A stretch of 64,000 nucleotides of DNA from Bacillota bacterium (GTDB lineage: Bacteria > Bacillota > Clostridia > Lachnospirales > Lachnospiraceae). Made by a program: the position numbers and the translations under genes. Of the stretch, positions 52,614 to 61,315 are shown piece after piece. Location of the stretch: the NCBI GenBank assembly GCA_023398375.1, contig JAEWSH010000133.1:244260-308259 (forward strand), read 5' to 3'. Positions within the stretch are counted from its first letter, which is position 1; the number at the start of each line of letters is the position of its first letter. The notes below the pieces were generated by a model, which saw nothing but the letters and a program-made list of their open reading frames with translations, made no database searches and had not been told where the DNA came from.

Positions 52614-54260
52614 ATGATTAGGAATCAGACAGATAAAAGGAATGGGAAGCGTAGTCAAAGGCCTTTACGGGAAATCGTAATGCAAAACAAAGCAGAAATC
52701 CTGTTATGCATACTCGCATTTGCGTTTTTCTTATATATGGCCATGAACAAGTTAATGGCAACACCGTTATGGCTGGATGAAACCCTGGAATATTATATTT
52801 CAAAATACATGACAGGTGAGATTTCATGGTACAGCAATAACGGTATTATGGGGACGACGAACATGTATCAGAGAATGCTGGGAGGCTTTCAACCACCACT
52901 GTATAATTTTCTGATGTATTTCTGGATCGCGATCAGTGACACGGAATGGTGGTTCCGCATCTGGAATGTGCTGATGAGTGCGCTGGCGGCAATTGGGGTT
53001 TATAAGACGGTAAAGAGAGTGAGTTCCTATCGTGTGGCTGCACTCTCCGTTGTTATTTATTCCTGTATCTATGAAGTCATTTATTACACGCAGGAATGTG
53101 CGGAATATTCCATGCTATTGATGTCTATCGCATGGCTTGTGTATTTTTACTTTAAACTATTCGAGAACTTGAATCTTAACAGTATGATCTGGTTCGCGGT
53201 ATTCTGCAGTATTGCGATGTATACACAATATGGGGCAGCATTTGTGGTAGCTCCGCTGCTGCTGAGTATTCTGATCAGAGTCCTGCAGACAAAAAGAGCG
53301 GTTGCCATAAAGCAGCTGGTGGTCGTATATCTGGTTACATTTTTAACAGCTGCAGTTCCGTTGATCATGTTCTTTCTCCTTCCGCAGATGGAGAATCAGG
53401 TACCATCTTCTGAGAATGTGGAGGCATGGAATTTTTACAATAACAGTGTAGTACAGGATTTCATTCATATGTTCATTGATGTATTCAGATGGAATACGAT
53501 CGAATCCATTACAAGATTTTTCTATCCGGCACTGGCAGTCAGTATCGGATTACTGTTGATTTCTATTTTCTTATTGGCATTCAGCAAGGATAAATTACTG
53601 AAGCATTTACTGCTATGTAATCTGGGAACCTGGATCTTATATTATATTCCGACCAGGGCAGGTATCTATGCAAGAGGATATTTTGGATTCCGTTATAATA
53701 TCTTCTTTATTCCTCTATGGCTCATAAGTATGATCTATATGCTATATGAGGTGTATCGTATTCTGGGCCGGATGAAAAATGTACAGAGCAGAAGAAATAT
53801 ACAGCGTGCATACTGTATCCTGATGGCAGTAATGGCTGCAGGATATTGTATTTATGGAGCGCATCAGATCAATAAGGGATGGGAAAAAGCTGATACGAGA
53901 GGCTGCGTGAAGGCATGGTATGAGAAAGAAGGCTATCAGGTACCGACATTTGTTGAAATCAATCAGGCACCAAGTTTTTCCTATTATTTTGAACATGACG
54001 ACAGATATCGGGCTGACTATGAAAAAAATGTCTATAGAGAAGAAATACAGATCGGTTTCGAAGAAGATAAGTATAAAGAAGAATATACAGAGTACGAGGA
54101 ATATCTGAAGGATACATTCGGAGAAAAACTTCCGGATGCGATGTATCTTTTCGTAGGAAATAAAGAAGAGTCCAGATTATTTCCTGTTTTGGAGGATAGA
54201 GGCTATACGATCGAGGAAGTCTATAAGACGACTGCTCAGCTCTATTACGCGCACAAATAA
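52614..54260 (+). CDS. GT-C family membrane glycosyltransferase (PMT_2/ArnT-like)
   Basis: First-loop motif PLWLDETLEYY, about 11 TM segments, C-terminal soluble ~140 aa. SD is GGGAGAG. Confidence 0.6.
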   Translation: MIRNQTDKRNGKRSQRPLREIVMQNKAEILLCILAFAFFLYMAMNKLMATPLWLDETLEYYISKYMTGEISWYSNNGIMGTTNMYQRMLGGFQPPLYNFLMYFWIAISDTEWWFRIWNVLMSALAAIGVYKTVKRVSSYRVAALSVVIYSCIYEVIYYTQECAEYSMLLMSIAWLVYFYFKLFENLNLNSMIWFAVFCSIAMYTQYGAAFVVAPLLLSILIRVLQTKRAVAIKQLVVVYLVTFLTAAVPLIMFFLLPQMENQVPSSENVEAWNFYNNSVVQDFIHMFIDVFRWNTIESITRFFYPALAVSIGLLLISIFLLAFSKDKLLKHLLLCNLGTWILYYIPTRAGIYARGYFGFRYNIFFIPLWLISMIYMLYEVYRILGRMKNVQSRRNIQRAYCILMAVMAAGYCIYGAHQINKGWEKADTRGCVKAWYEKEGYQVPTFVEINQAPSFSYYFEHDDRYRADYEKNVYREEIQIGFEEDKYKEEYTEYEEYLKDTFGEKLPDAMYLFVGNKEESRLFPVLEDRGYTIEEVYKTTAQLYYAHK

Positions 54261-54280
54261 GCATATGGAAGGAATATTCT

Positions 54281-54988
54281 ATGAGTGAAATGAAAAACGG
54301 AAAATTACAGCTGCCAAATGTTACTTTACTAGCGATGACAAGTGTAAAAATAAAAGAAACCATAAAAGCTATGCAGTATAGTATGCAGGGAATCGATTTT
54401 GCAGAAGCAGTTCTGATCACTCACAGGAGACCGTTCTTTCTTCCAAAAGAAATCACTTATAAACACATTGATAAGCTGACGGATATTGATCGATTTAATT
54501 ACGAGACAGTATATAATATGGGCGAATATGCAGACAATGATTTTGCATTATTAGTGCATTATGATGGATTTGTGGTACATCCGGAAATGTGGCGCGATGA
54601 ATTTTTGGAATATGATTATATTGGTTCTCCATGGCCGCTCCCTAAGGAGGGAGATATGACGACCTATCGTGATATCCATGGTAACATCTGCCGGGTCGGT
54701 AACAGCGTGTCGCTTCGAAGCAAACGCCTCATGGATTTTCCAAAGAAGGCAGATATCCCCTGGACGGGAGAAGAGAAGGATGGCTTCGTGTATTATAATG
54801 AAGACGGATTCATCTGCTGTAAGATCAGGCACTTACTAGAGGCAGAAGGTATGAAGATCGCACCGATAGAAGTTGCAAAATACTTTGGACATGAGAATAT
54901 GATCCCGGAGATAGAGGGAATCACCCCGTTTGTATTCCACAAATGGTATGGAACCAATGCACAGTATCCTAATTTTTGTAAAAAGTAA
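54281..54988 (+). CDS. DUF5672-family protein (putative glycosyltransferase-like)
   Basis: LPNVTLLAMTSV and EYDYIGSPWP resemble DUF5672 hallmarks, from memory. Confidence 0.5.
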   Translation: MSEMKNGKLQLPNVTLLAMTSVKIKETIKAMQYSMQGIDFAEAVLITHRRPFFLPKEITYKHIDKLTDIDRFNYETVYNMGEYADNDFALLVHYDGFVVHPEMWRDEFLEYDYIGSPWPLPKEGDMTTYRDIHGNICRVGNSVSLRSKRLMDFPKKADIPWTGEEKDGFVYYNEDGFICCKIRHLLEAEGMKIAPIEVAKYFGHENMIPEIEGITPFVFHKWYGTNAQYPNFCKK

Positions 54989-55003
54989 AACAGGAGAATA
55001 GAA

Positions 55004-55966
55004 ATGGTATATGATTGTTTTCAATTCTTTAATGAACTGGATATCCTGAAATTAAGATTGCATGTGATGGCACCGGTGGTCGACAGGTTCGTGATCAGTG
55101 AAGCGACCGAGACTTTTTCTGGTATGAAAAAGCCATTGTATTACGAAGAGAATAAAGAAATGTTTGCGGAATTTGCAGATAAGATCATTCACGTAGTGGT
55201 AGAAGATACGCCGGAAGGCGATACACATGATCGGGATACCTTTCAAAAGAATGCAGTTGGAAGGGGACTGACGGACTGTAAAGATGACGATATTGTCATT
55301 TTTAGTGATCTGGATGAGATCCCTAATCCTGAGAAAGTAAAACAGGTGATAGAAACAATCCTGAAAAATAAAGAAGATGCACAGAATAAAGTGTATCACA
55401 TGGCACAGCGTTTATTTTATTGTTATCTGAATATGGAGGAAGTCTCCGGAAAACTTCTGGCATACTGTGGAGAGTTCGAAGGTGTGGAACGAAAACAATG
55501 GCTTGGCACCAAGATATGCAGGTATGCTGTTGCAAAGACAATGCCGCTTGGCGAACTGAGATGGCCAAAGTGCAAGGAATTCGGTGTCCGTGTAGCAGAC
55601 GGGGGATGGCATTTTGGGTATATGGGTGGAAGTAAAGAAGCTGATGTTCGGAAGAGAGTAGCAGAAAAAGTGCGTTCAGCAGCACATCAGGAATATAATA
55701 ATAAGGCAGTCCTGTCAGAAGTTGACGATAAGATAAGAGATGGGGAAGATATCTTTGGAAGAGATGCCTGTTTTGTACAGACAAAGATTGACGACACGTA
55801 TCCGGAATATCTGAGGGAGCATCAGAAGGAATATGCACATCTTATGAAACAGGAAGAATCGAAGGGGACGATCGTAAGGCGCCATGTCCGCAGGAAATGC
55901 CGTAATGCATACCGTACAGCAATTACTAGGCTGAAGAGGGCAGTGAAGCGTATCCTTCATATATAA
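55004..55966 (+). CDS. GT17-family glycosyltransferase (GnT-III-like)
   Basis: MVYDCFQFFNELDILKLRLHVMAPVVDRFVISEATETFSGMKKP and IVIFSDLDEIP are a typical Glyco_transf_17 N-terminus and DxD-like motif. Confidence 0.7.
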   Translation: MVYDCFQFFNELDILKLRLHVMAPVVDRFVISEATETFSGMKKPLYYEENKEMFAEFADKIIHVVVEDTPEGDTHDRDTFQKNAVGRGLTDCKDDDIVIFSDLDEIPNPEKVKQVIETILKNKEDAQNKVYHMAQRLFYCYLNMEEVSGKLLAYCGEFEGVERKQWLGTKICRYAVAKTMPLGELRWPKCKEFGVRVADGGWHFGYMGGSKEADVRKRVAEKVRSAAHQEYNNKAVLSEVDDKIRDGEDIFGRDACFVQTKIDDTYPEYLREHQKEYAHLMKQEESKGTIVRRHVRRKCRNAYRTAITRLKRAVKRILHI

Positions 55967-56047
55967 AAATATAAGAAGCAATTTTGATTGGGGATCGGCC
56001 GAACAAGGAAGAAAGCATGAATTTGAATAAAGATATTGGAGCAGGAT

Positions 56048-56944
56048 ATGAAAGAGAGAGGAAAGGTATCCATTTGTATTCCGACCTATAACAATGCTGC
56101 AGAAGTAAAGCAGCTGGTGGAATCCATAAGGGAACAGACCTATACGAATATTGAAGTGAATATTACCGATGATTCCACCGATATGCAGATCGAAGAACTG
56201 ATGGCACAATATGCGGATGACAGGATCAGATATGTACATAACAAGCAGAAGCTGGGTCATATCTATAACTGGAATGCTGCGATCAGGATGGCAACAGGTC
56301 AATATATTAAGATCATGTTCAGTGATGATTGGTTCACGTATGCAGACAGCCTGGAACGATATGTGAGGTTACTTGAGGAGCAGCCGGAAGCTGATTTTGC
56401 ATTTTCTTCCAGCATGCAGGTCTCTGACAGCAGTTCTTATGAAAGAAAGATATCGGAAGAATTCATTACGAGCCTGACAAGTGATTACACCAGAATCTTT
56501 CGGGGCAATCAGGCTGGTGCGCCGAGCGGTACGATATACCGGAATAACGGGATCCTGTTTGATGAGAAGAGCAACTGGGCATCTGATCTTGAGCTGTATC
56601 TGCATCTGCTAAGTGTGAACCCGAGATTTGCTTATACACATGATCCGCTCATTTCCATCGGATTACATGGAGAACAGTATACGCATATGTTTTCCGAAAA
56701 GGATGACAGAATTTTCTATGATTATCTGTTTCTGTATGAGAAGTATAGATTACAGGAAAATCAGGAATGCAGACAATTTTTCTTTGATGAATATATCATG
56801 AAATTTGATAAAGGGATGAAGATGGCAATGCGCTGCGGACATACCCCGCTGGAATACTGGAGGGGGAGGATCCCTTATTTGTGGCAGAACAAAGTAGTCG
56901 ATTATTGGAAGGCACTTGTCAGAAAGCTGAACAAGAAGGGATAG
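56048..56944 (+). CDS. GT2 glycosyltransferase
   Basis: VSICIPTYNNAAEV, NITDDSTD, MFSDDW. I preferred ATG 56048 (GGAG 6 nt upstream) to TTG 56036. Confidence 0.85.
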   Translation: MKERGKVSICIPTYNNAAEVKQLVESIREQTYTNIEVNITDDSTDMQIEELMAQYADDRIRYVHNKQKLGHIYNWNAAIRMATGQYIKIMFSDDWFTYADSLERYVRLLEEQPEADFAFSSSMQVSDSSSYERKISEEFITSLTSDYTRIFRGNQAGAPSGTIYRNNGILFDEKSNWASDLELYLHLLSVNPRFAYTHDPLISIGLHGEQYTHMFSEKDDRIFYDYLFLYEKYRLQENQECRQFFFDEYIMKFDKGMKMAMRCGHTPLEYWRGRIPYLWQNKVVDYWKALVRKLNKKG

Positions 56945-56979
56945 CGGTCATGCAGGTGAGAAAATAAGAGGAATTGCGA

Positions 56980-58167
56980 ATGAAATTTTTAAAAAATAAA
57001 GGAAATATCATTAATTGCTTTTTCTATATCGGGTTCCTGACCGAAATCATGATCGTTCTGATCGATAAAAGTGCTTATATCAATCCGATAGAAGGAACCA
57101 TGTTCCGTATCGCATTTTTACTATTTGGGTTGAAGGTACTATTTACGCGGTATAGCAGGAAAGAATGGCTTCTTATCATTGGGTTCTGTGTGTTGGGAGT
57201 AGTCTCTTATCTGTATGCGGACAGGGATGAGGTACTGCGTATCGTCATGTTCGTGGCAGCATCCAAGAATATTTCACTGCGGAAGATGATGGCGATAACG
57301 TTCTATACCGTACTGACCGGAATCCTATTGCTGATGCTGCTTGCAGTAATGGGCGTATTTGGGACCATGACACTGGATGTCGATTACGGAAGAGGCGGAG
57401 TCGAATCCAGATATTGTATCGGATTAGGGCATCCGAATGCACTGCATTGCATGATATTTACCACCCTGCTGCTGGGCATGTATTTATATCTTGAAAAGAT
57501 GAAATGGAATGTATTTCTCCTATTATTTTTGGGAAATATCGGATTATACACGTTGACCACTTCTAAAACGGGACTGCTGATCATAACAGCCACATTATGT
57601 GTGGGATTGCTGATCCGCTATGGAAGAGGTGTCCGGGACAGCCGATGGTTCTATCGGGCGGGAATCACAGTTTTTACCGCATCGGTCCTATTTACACTTG
57701 TGATGGCAAGATTCGGGTATACACAGGGACCTTTCAGAGGGCTGGATATCTTATTGAATAACCGTATCAGCTATGCGATTCTCTGGGGCGGCATGTATAA
57801 ATGGAATCTTTTTGGACATCCGGCGCTAGTGGAGACAGATTATTTTGATATGGGACTGAGCCGCCTGTTTTACTGGTATGGTTATATACCGGCTGCAGTA
57901 TATTTGCTGGTAAATTTATTTATGTTATTCTATTTTTATAAAAAGAAAGATGCCAATGCGGTCCTGCTGATCATTATGTTAACTGGCTATACAACAGTAG
58001 AAGCGCATATTATATCGGTGTATCTTGCAAGAAATTATATCCTGTTATTATTGATCGGTACATGGAGCCGGATCTTTCATGTGACAGGACCGCAGGAAGA
58101 CTATATTTGGGAAGTACTATGGAAGATATTGTCTGGTAGGATTAAGGTGTCAAAAGCTTATCACTGA
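56980..58167 (+). CDS. Polytopic membrane protein, Wzy-like polysaccharide polymerase candidate
   Basis: About 11 TM segments and no soluble domain. It has a GLGHPNALH loop. The last 7 codons and the stop lie inside repeat B5. Confidence 0.45.
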   Translation: MKFLKNKGNIINCFFYIGFLTEIMIVLIDKSAYINPIEGTMFRIAFLLFGLKVLFTRYSRKEWLLIIGFCVLGVVSYLYADRDEVLRIVMFVAASKNISLRKMMAITFYTVLTGILLLMLLAVMGVFGTMTLDVDYGRGGVESRYCIGLGHPNALHCMIFTTLLLGMYLYLEKMKWNVFLLLFLGNIGLYTLTTSKTGLLIITATLCVGLLIRYGRGVRDSRWFYRAGITVFTASVLFTLVMARFGYTQGPFRGLDILLNNRISYAILWGGMYKWNLFGHPALVETDYFDMGLSRLFYWYGYIPAAVYLLVNLFMLFYFYKKKDANAVLLIIMLTGYTTVEAHIISVYLARNYILLLLIGTWSRIFHVTGPQEDYIWEVLWKILSGRIKVSKAYH

Positions 58168-58258
58168 ACTTGGCTTCGTCAATTTGCACATATACTTGCA
58201 AAACAAAAATTGTGCAAATTCACGAATTCAAATATATAAACAAGCTTTTGACACTCGA
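58144..58258 (+). repeat. Family-B element, copy 5 (short form with intact terminal inverted repeats)
   Basis: AAGGTGTCAAAAGCTT ... AAGCTTTTGACAC. The interior equals the outer arms of copy 2, with the central ~130 nt missing. Confidence 0.8.
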
Positions 58259-58330
58259 ATCCTGGTAGAATAGAAAAAGAAATAATTGGCAGGTAGATAC
58301 GCAAAAAGCTGCGTAGAAATGAGGAAAGCA

Positions 58331-59752
58331 ATGAATCAATATAATCAGAGAAATAGAATCGTAGAGTTATATTGTCTGTTAGCAGCAGATCTTTTATCTA
58401 TTGTCATATCATATGCATTGGCGGTATTGATTCGTTTTGGGTCTCTGCAGTCTTTATGGAGAGGTGAGATTCATTTATTGGTATGCCTTTGCTTTTTGCT
58501 GTTCAGTACCATATTCAGTCTGCTTCTTGATTGGAACAGAGGATTTATCAAAAGAGGGTATTTCATTGAATTCACCACGGTTTTAAAATATGACGGCATT
58601 ATGGTCGCTTCTATAGGATTTATACTATTTCTGACGAAACAGGCTGAATTTTTGTCGAGGCTTACGATTGGGTACTTTTTCCTGATCAATCTTATTCTGA
58701 CATATGTGTCACATACTGTTGTGAAGAAGTTGCTGATTGAATATCTGAAAAGCGAGCATTGCAAGGTTCAGATCATTATAATCACAGAAGAAGAGAATGC
58801 GGAAGATACGATTCTGCATTTACAAAAAGCCCTTCCGATCAATTATGAGATATCGGCGATCGCATTGCTGAATACAGACAGGGCAGGAGATAAGATATCT
58901 GATATTCCTGTTGTGGCAAATAAGGGAAATCTTATGGAAGTAGCGAGACAATTACCCTTGGATGAAGTGTTCATACGTTTAGAAAAAGAGCCTAATGCCA
59001 AGATACGCGAAATCATCCAGGACTGTGAAGAGATGGGGATCATCTGCCATTATAGCATGGATATCATGGATTGGAATGCAAGAGAGAGACATATAGGAAA
59101 ATTCGGAGAATATACAGTAGTTACATATTCGATCTATAATATAGACTATAGAAGAAGAATGATCAAGAGAGGCATGGATATCGCGGGTAGCATTATGGGA
59201 CTCTGTATTACGGCAATTGTAACACCTTTTGTTGCAGCTGCAATCAGGATCGAATCCAAAGGACCTATCTTCTTTTCCCAGACAAGGATCGGAAAGAATG
59301 GAAGACGATTCAGCATTTATAAATTCCGATCCATGTATATCGATGCGGAAGAGCGGAAGAAAGAGCTGCAGACCAGAAATGAAATGAAAGGTCTGATGTT
59401 CAAAATGGAAAATGATCCGCGTATCACAAGAGTTGGAAAATTCTTACGTAAGACAAGTATTGATGAATTACCGCAGTTCTATAATATCTTAAGAGGTGAT
59501 ATGAGCCTGGTGGGAACCAGACCCCCGACCGTGGATGAGTTCGAGAAGTATAATATCCATTACCGCAGGCGCCTCAGCATGACTCCGGGACTTACCGGTC
59601 TGTGGCAGGTAAGCGGCAGGAGCAACATAGAAGATTTTGATGATGTGGTAAAATATGATCTGGAATACATTGATAAATGGTCCCTGAGCCTGGACGTGAA
59701 GATTTTATTACAGACGCTGGTCGTCGTATTTGCAGGCAAAGGTTCCAGATAA
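58331..59752 (+). CDS. Polytopic polyprenyl-phosphate glycosylphosphotransferase (WbaP/CpsE family), second initiating enzyme
   Basis: N-terminal TM bundle, central Rossmann-like domain, and a C-terminal catalytic domain GPIFFSQTRIG, FSIYKFRSM, DELPQFYNILRGDMSLVGTRPP. ATG 58331 has a GAGGAAAG SD. Confidence 0.9.
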   Translation: MNQYNQRNRIVELYCLLAADLLSIVISYALAVLIRFGSLQSLWRGEIHLLVCLCFLLFSTIFSLLLDWNRGFIKRGYFIEFTTVLKYDGIMVASIGFILFLTKQAEFLSRLTIGYFFLINLILTYVSHTVVKKLLIEYLKSEHCKVQIIIITEEENAEDTILHLQKALPINYEISAIALLNTDRAGDKISDIPVVANKGNLMEVARQLPLDEVFIRLEKEPNAKIREIIQDCEEMGIICHYSMDIMDWNARERHIGKFGEYTVVTYSIYNIDYRRRMIKRGMDIAGSIMGLCITAIVTPFVAAAIRIESKGPIFFSQTRIGKNGRRFSIYKFRSMYIDAEERKKELQTRNEMKGLMFKMENDPRITRVGKFLRKTSIDELPQFYNILRGDMSLVGTRPPTVDEFEKYNIHYRRRLSMTPGLTGLWQVSGRSNIEDFDDVVKYDLEYIDKWSLSLDVKILLQTLVVVFAGKGSR

Positions 59753-59776
59753 CAAGCCGTTAGGAGGAGGATGAAG

Positions 59777-61276
59777 ATGCCTCAGAAAAAATTTGATTTA
59801 TCCATTACGCAGTTACAGAAAATAAAAGAAACAATGCTGTTAGTATTTTTTACGGTTTTCTTTCTTTCGATTAATGCGATCCGAATCTTCAATGATTCTA
59901 TCTCGGGAGATGAAGGATTCTCCATTATGCTGGTGAAAGATTCCGTAGCTGGAATGATACAGGCGACGGCTGCAGATGTGCATCCACCGCTCTATTATCT
60001 GATCTTTAAGGCATTTGCCATGATGATTGGGACAAGTGCTGCAGCAGGCAGAATCGTGACATTTACGGCAATTATACTTACCATGATACTTGCCAATACC
60101 TATATCAGAAAACGGTTCGGTGTCTATGCGGCGGCTTTTTTTATCATCCTGCTTACCTTTAATGTCACTGGGATCGAGATGATCGTTGAGGCACGTATGT
60201 ATACATGGGCAATGCTGTTCGTCACACTGACGGCATTATCCGGATATGAACTGATGAGAGAGCAGAATCTGTGGAAATGGCTGGGACTTCTGGTATTCGG
60301 TCTGGCAGCAGGATATACACATTATTATGCATTGATCATGGTTGCCATCATTTACCTTGTAACATTTGCAGTATTGATCATTCGTGACAGGAAGAATCTG
60401 CTTTTTTGTTTCTTGTGTGGGATTGGTGCAGTGATCGGTTATTTTCCCTGGTTATTGATATTGCTAAAGCAATTTGGAACGGTCTCAGATAATTACTGGA
60501 TTCATAGCATCGAATTAAAAGAATGGATCCGTTATATATTCGGTCATGACAGGTTCGGTAAGCTGCTCCGTATTATTTTAGCCGTTGCAGGATTTCTGTA
60601 TCTGATCAGCAGAGACGGTCTGACAATTACCCATAATATCAGTCTAAAGAAGACAGGAGCAGACAAGGCTTTTATGCGTTTTGACTGGGACAAGGTACCG
60701 GAAGAAGAGAAGAATGAGCGCCTGCTGGTGCTTATATGCGGAGCTACCGTAGTGGGTACACTTGCAGTCGCTACGATCGTGTCTTATCTGGTGAGGCCGT
60801 TATATGTAGAGAGATATCTCTATTCGGCGTATGGATTGATCGCTTTGGCGTTTGGTATTTCCTTTGCGAATGTCAGCAGGAAGAAACTATATTCCTGGCT
60901 GTTGATCGTTGCGATTCTCATAACAGGTGCGAACAGTTTCAGGGGTATTTACCTTACAGAACAGGCATACATGACAGAAGACTCCAAGGCATTTTTTAAA
61001 GAGCATCTCGAACCGGGGGATGTGTTCGTGACAGATAACAGTCAATTGTCATGGACCGTACTGGCTTATTATTTTCCGGATATCAAAAATTATGCGCTAG
61101 GAGAATTTGATTTTTTTACACAGGAATATCATACGGTATGGTATTTGTCCGAAAAACCGGAGCTGGATGAACGAATTACAGCATATGAAGCACAGGGATT
61201 GCAGGTAACGCATGTATGTGATTCCGGAATCGGCAGATATCCATATTATTTATATAAAATAGTGAAGAATGATTAA
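59777..61276 (+). CDS. GT-C family membrane glycosyltransferase (PMT_2/ArnT-like)
   Basis: ISGDEGFSIML and DVHPPLYY are first-loop motifs. About 11 TM segments and a C-terminal soluble ~110 aa. Confidence 0.6.
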   Translation: MPQKKFDLSITQLQKIKETMLLVFFTVFFLSINAIRIFNDSISGDEGFSIMLVKDSVAGMIQATAADVHPPLYYLIFKAFAMMIGTSAAAGRIVTFTAIILTMILANTYIRKRFGVYAAAFFIILLTFNVTGIEMIVEARMYTWAMLFVTLTALSGYELMREQNLWKWLGLLVFGLAAGYTHYYALIMVAIIYLVTFAVLIIRDRKNLLFCFLCGIGAVIGYFPWLLILLKQFGTVSDNYWIHSIELKEWIRYIFGHDRFGKLLRIILAVAGFLYLISRDGLTITHNISLKKTGADKAFMRFDWDKVPEEEKNERLLVLICGATVVGTLAVATIVSYLVRPLYVERYLYSAYGLIALAFGISFANVSRKKLYSWLLIVAILITGANSFRGIYLTEQAYMTEDSKAFFKEHLEPGDVFVTDNSQLSWTVLAYYFPDIKNYALGEFDFFTQEYHTVWYLSEKPELDERITAYEAQGLQVTHVCDSGIGRYPYYLYKIVKND

Positions 61277-61315
61277 GAATTGTGTTTTATGGATAGAAAT
61301 TGAGGTAATAAATAT

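Noticed and set aside
53959-56302. Minus-strand ORFs 53959..54420, 55323..55838 and 55715..56302 (153-195 aa)
   Set aside because: All are antisense to confidently called + strand genes (GT-C, GT17, GT2). Their composition is atypical and they show no family signatures.
1699-58258. Could the recurring repeats be a CRISPR array?
   Set aside because: - The copies are 2-20 kb apart and separated by genes.
- They differ in length (55-250 nt).
- They are internally palindromic composites, and one is inverted.
- There are no regular repeat-spacer units and no cas genes.
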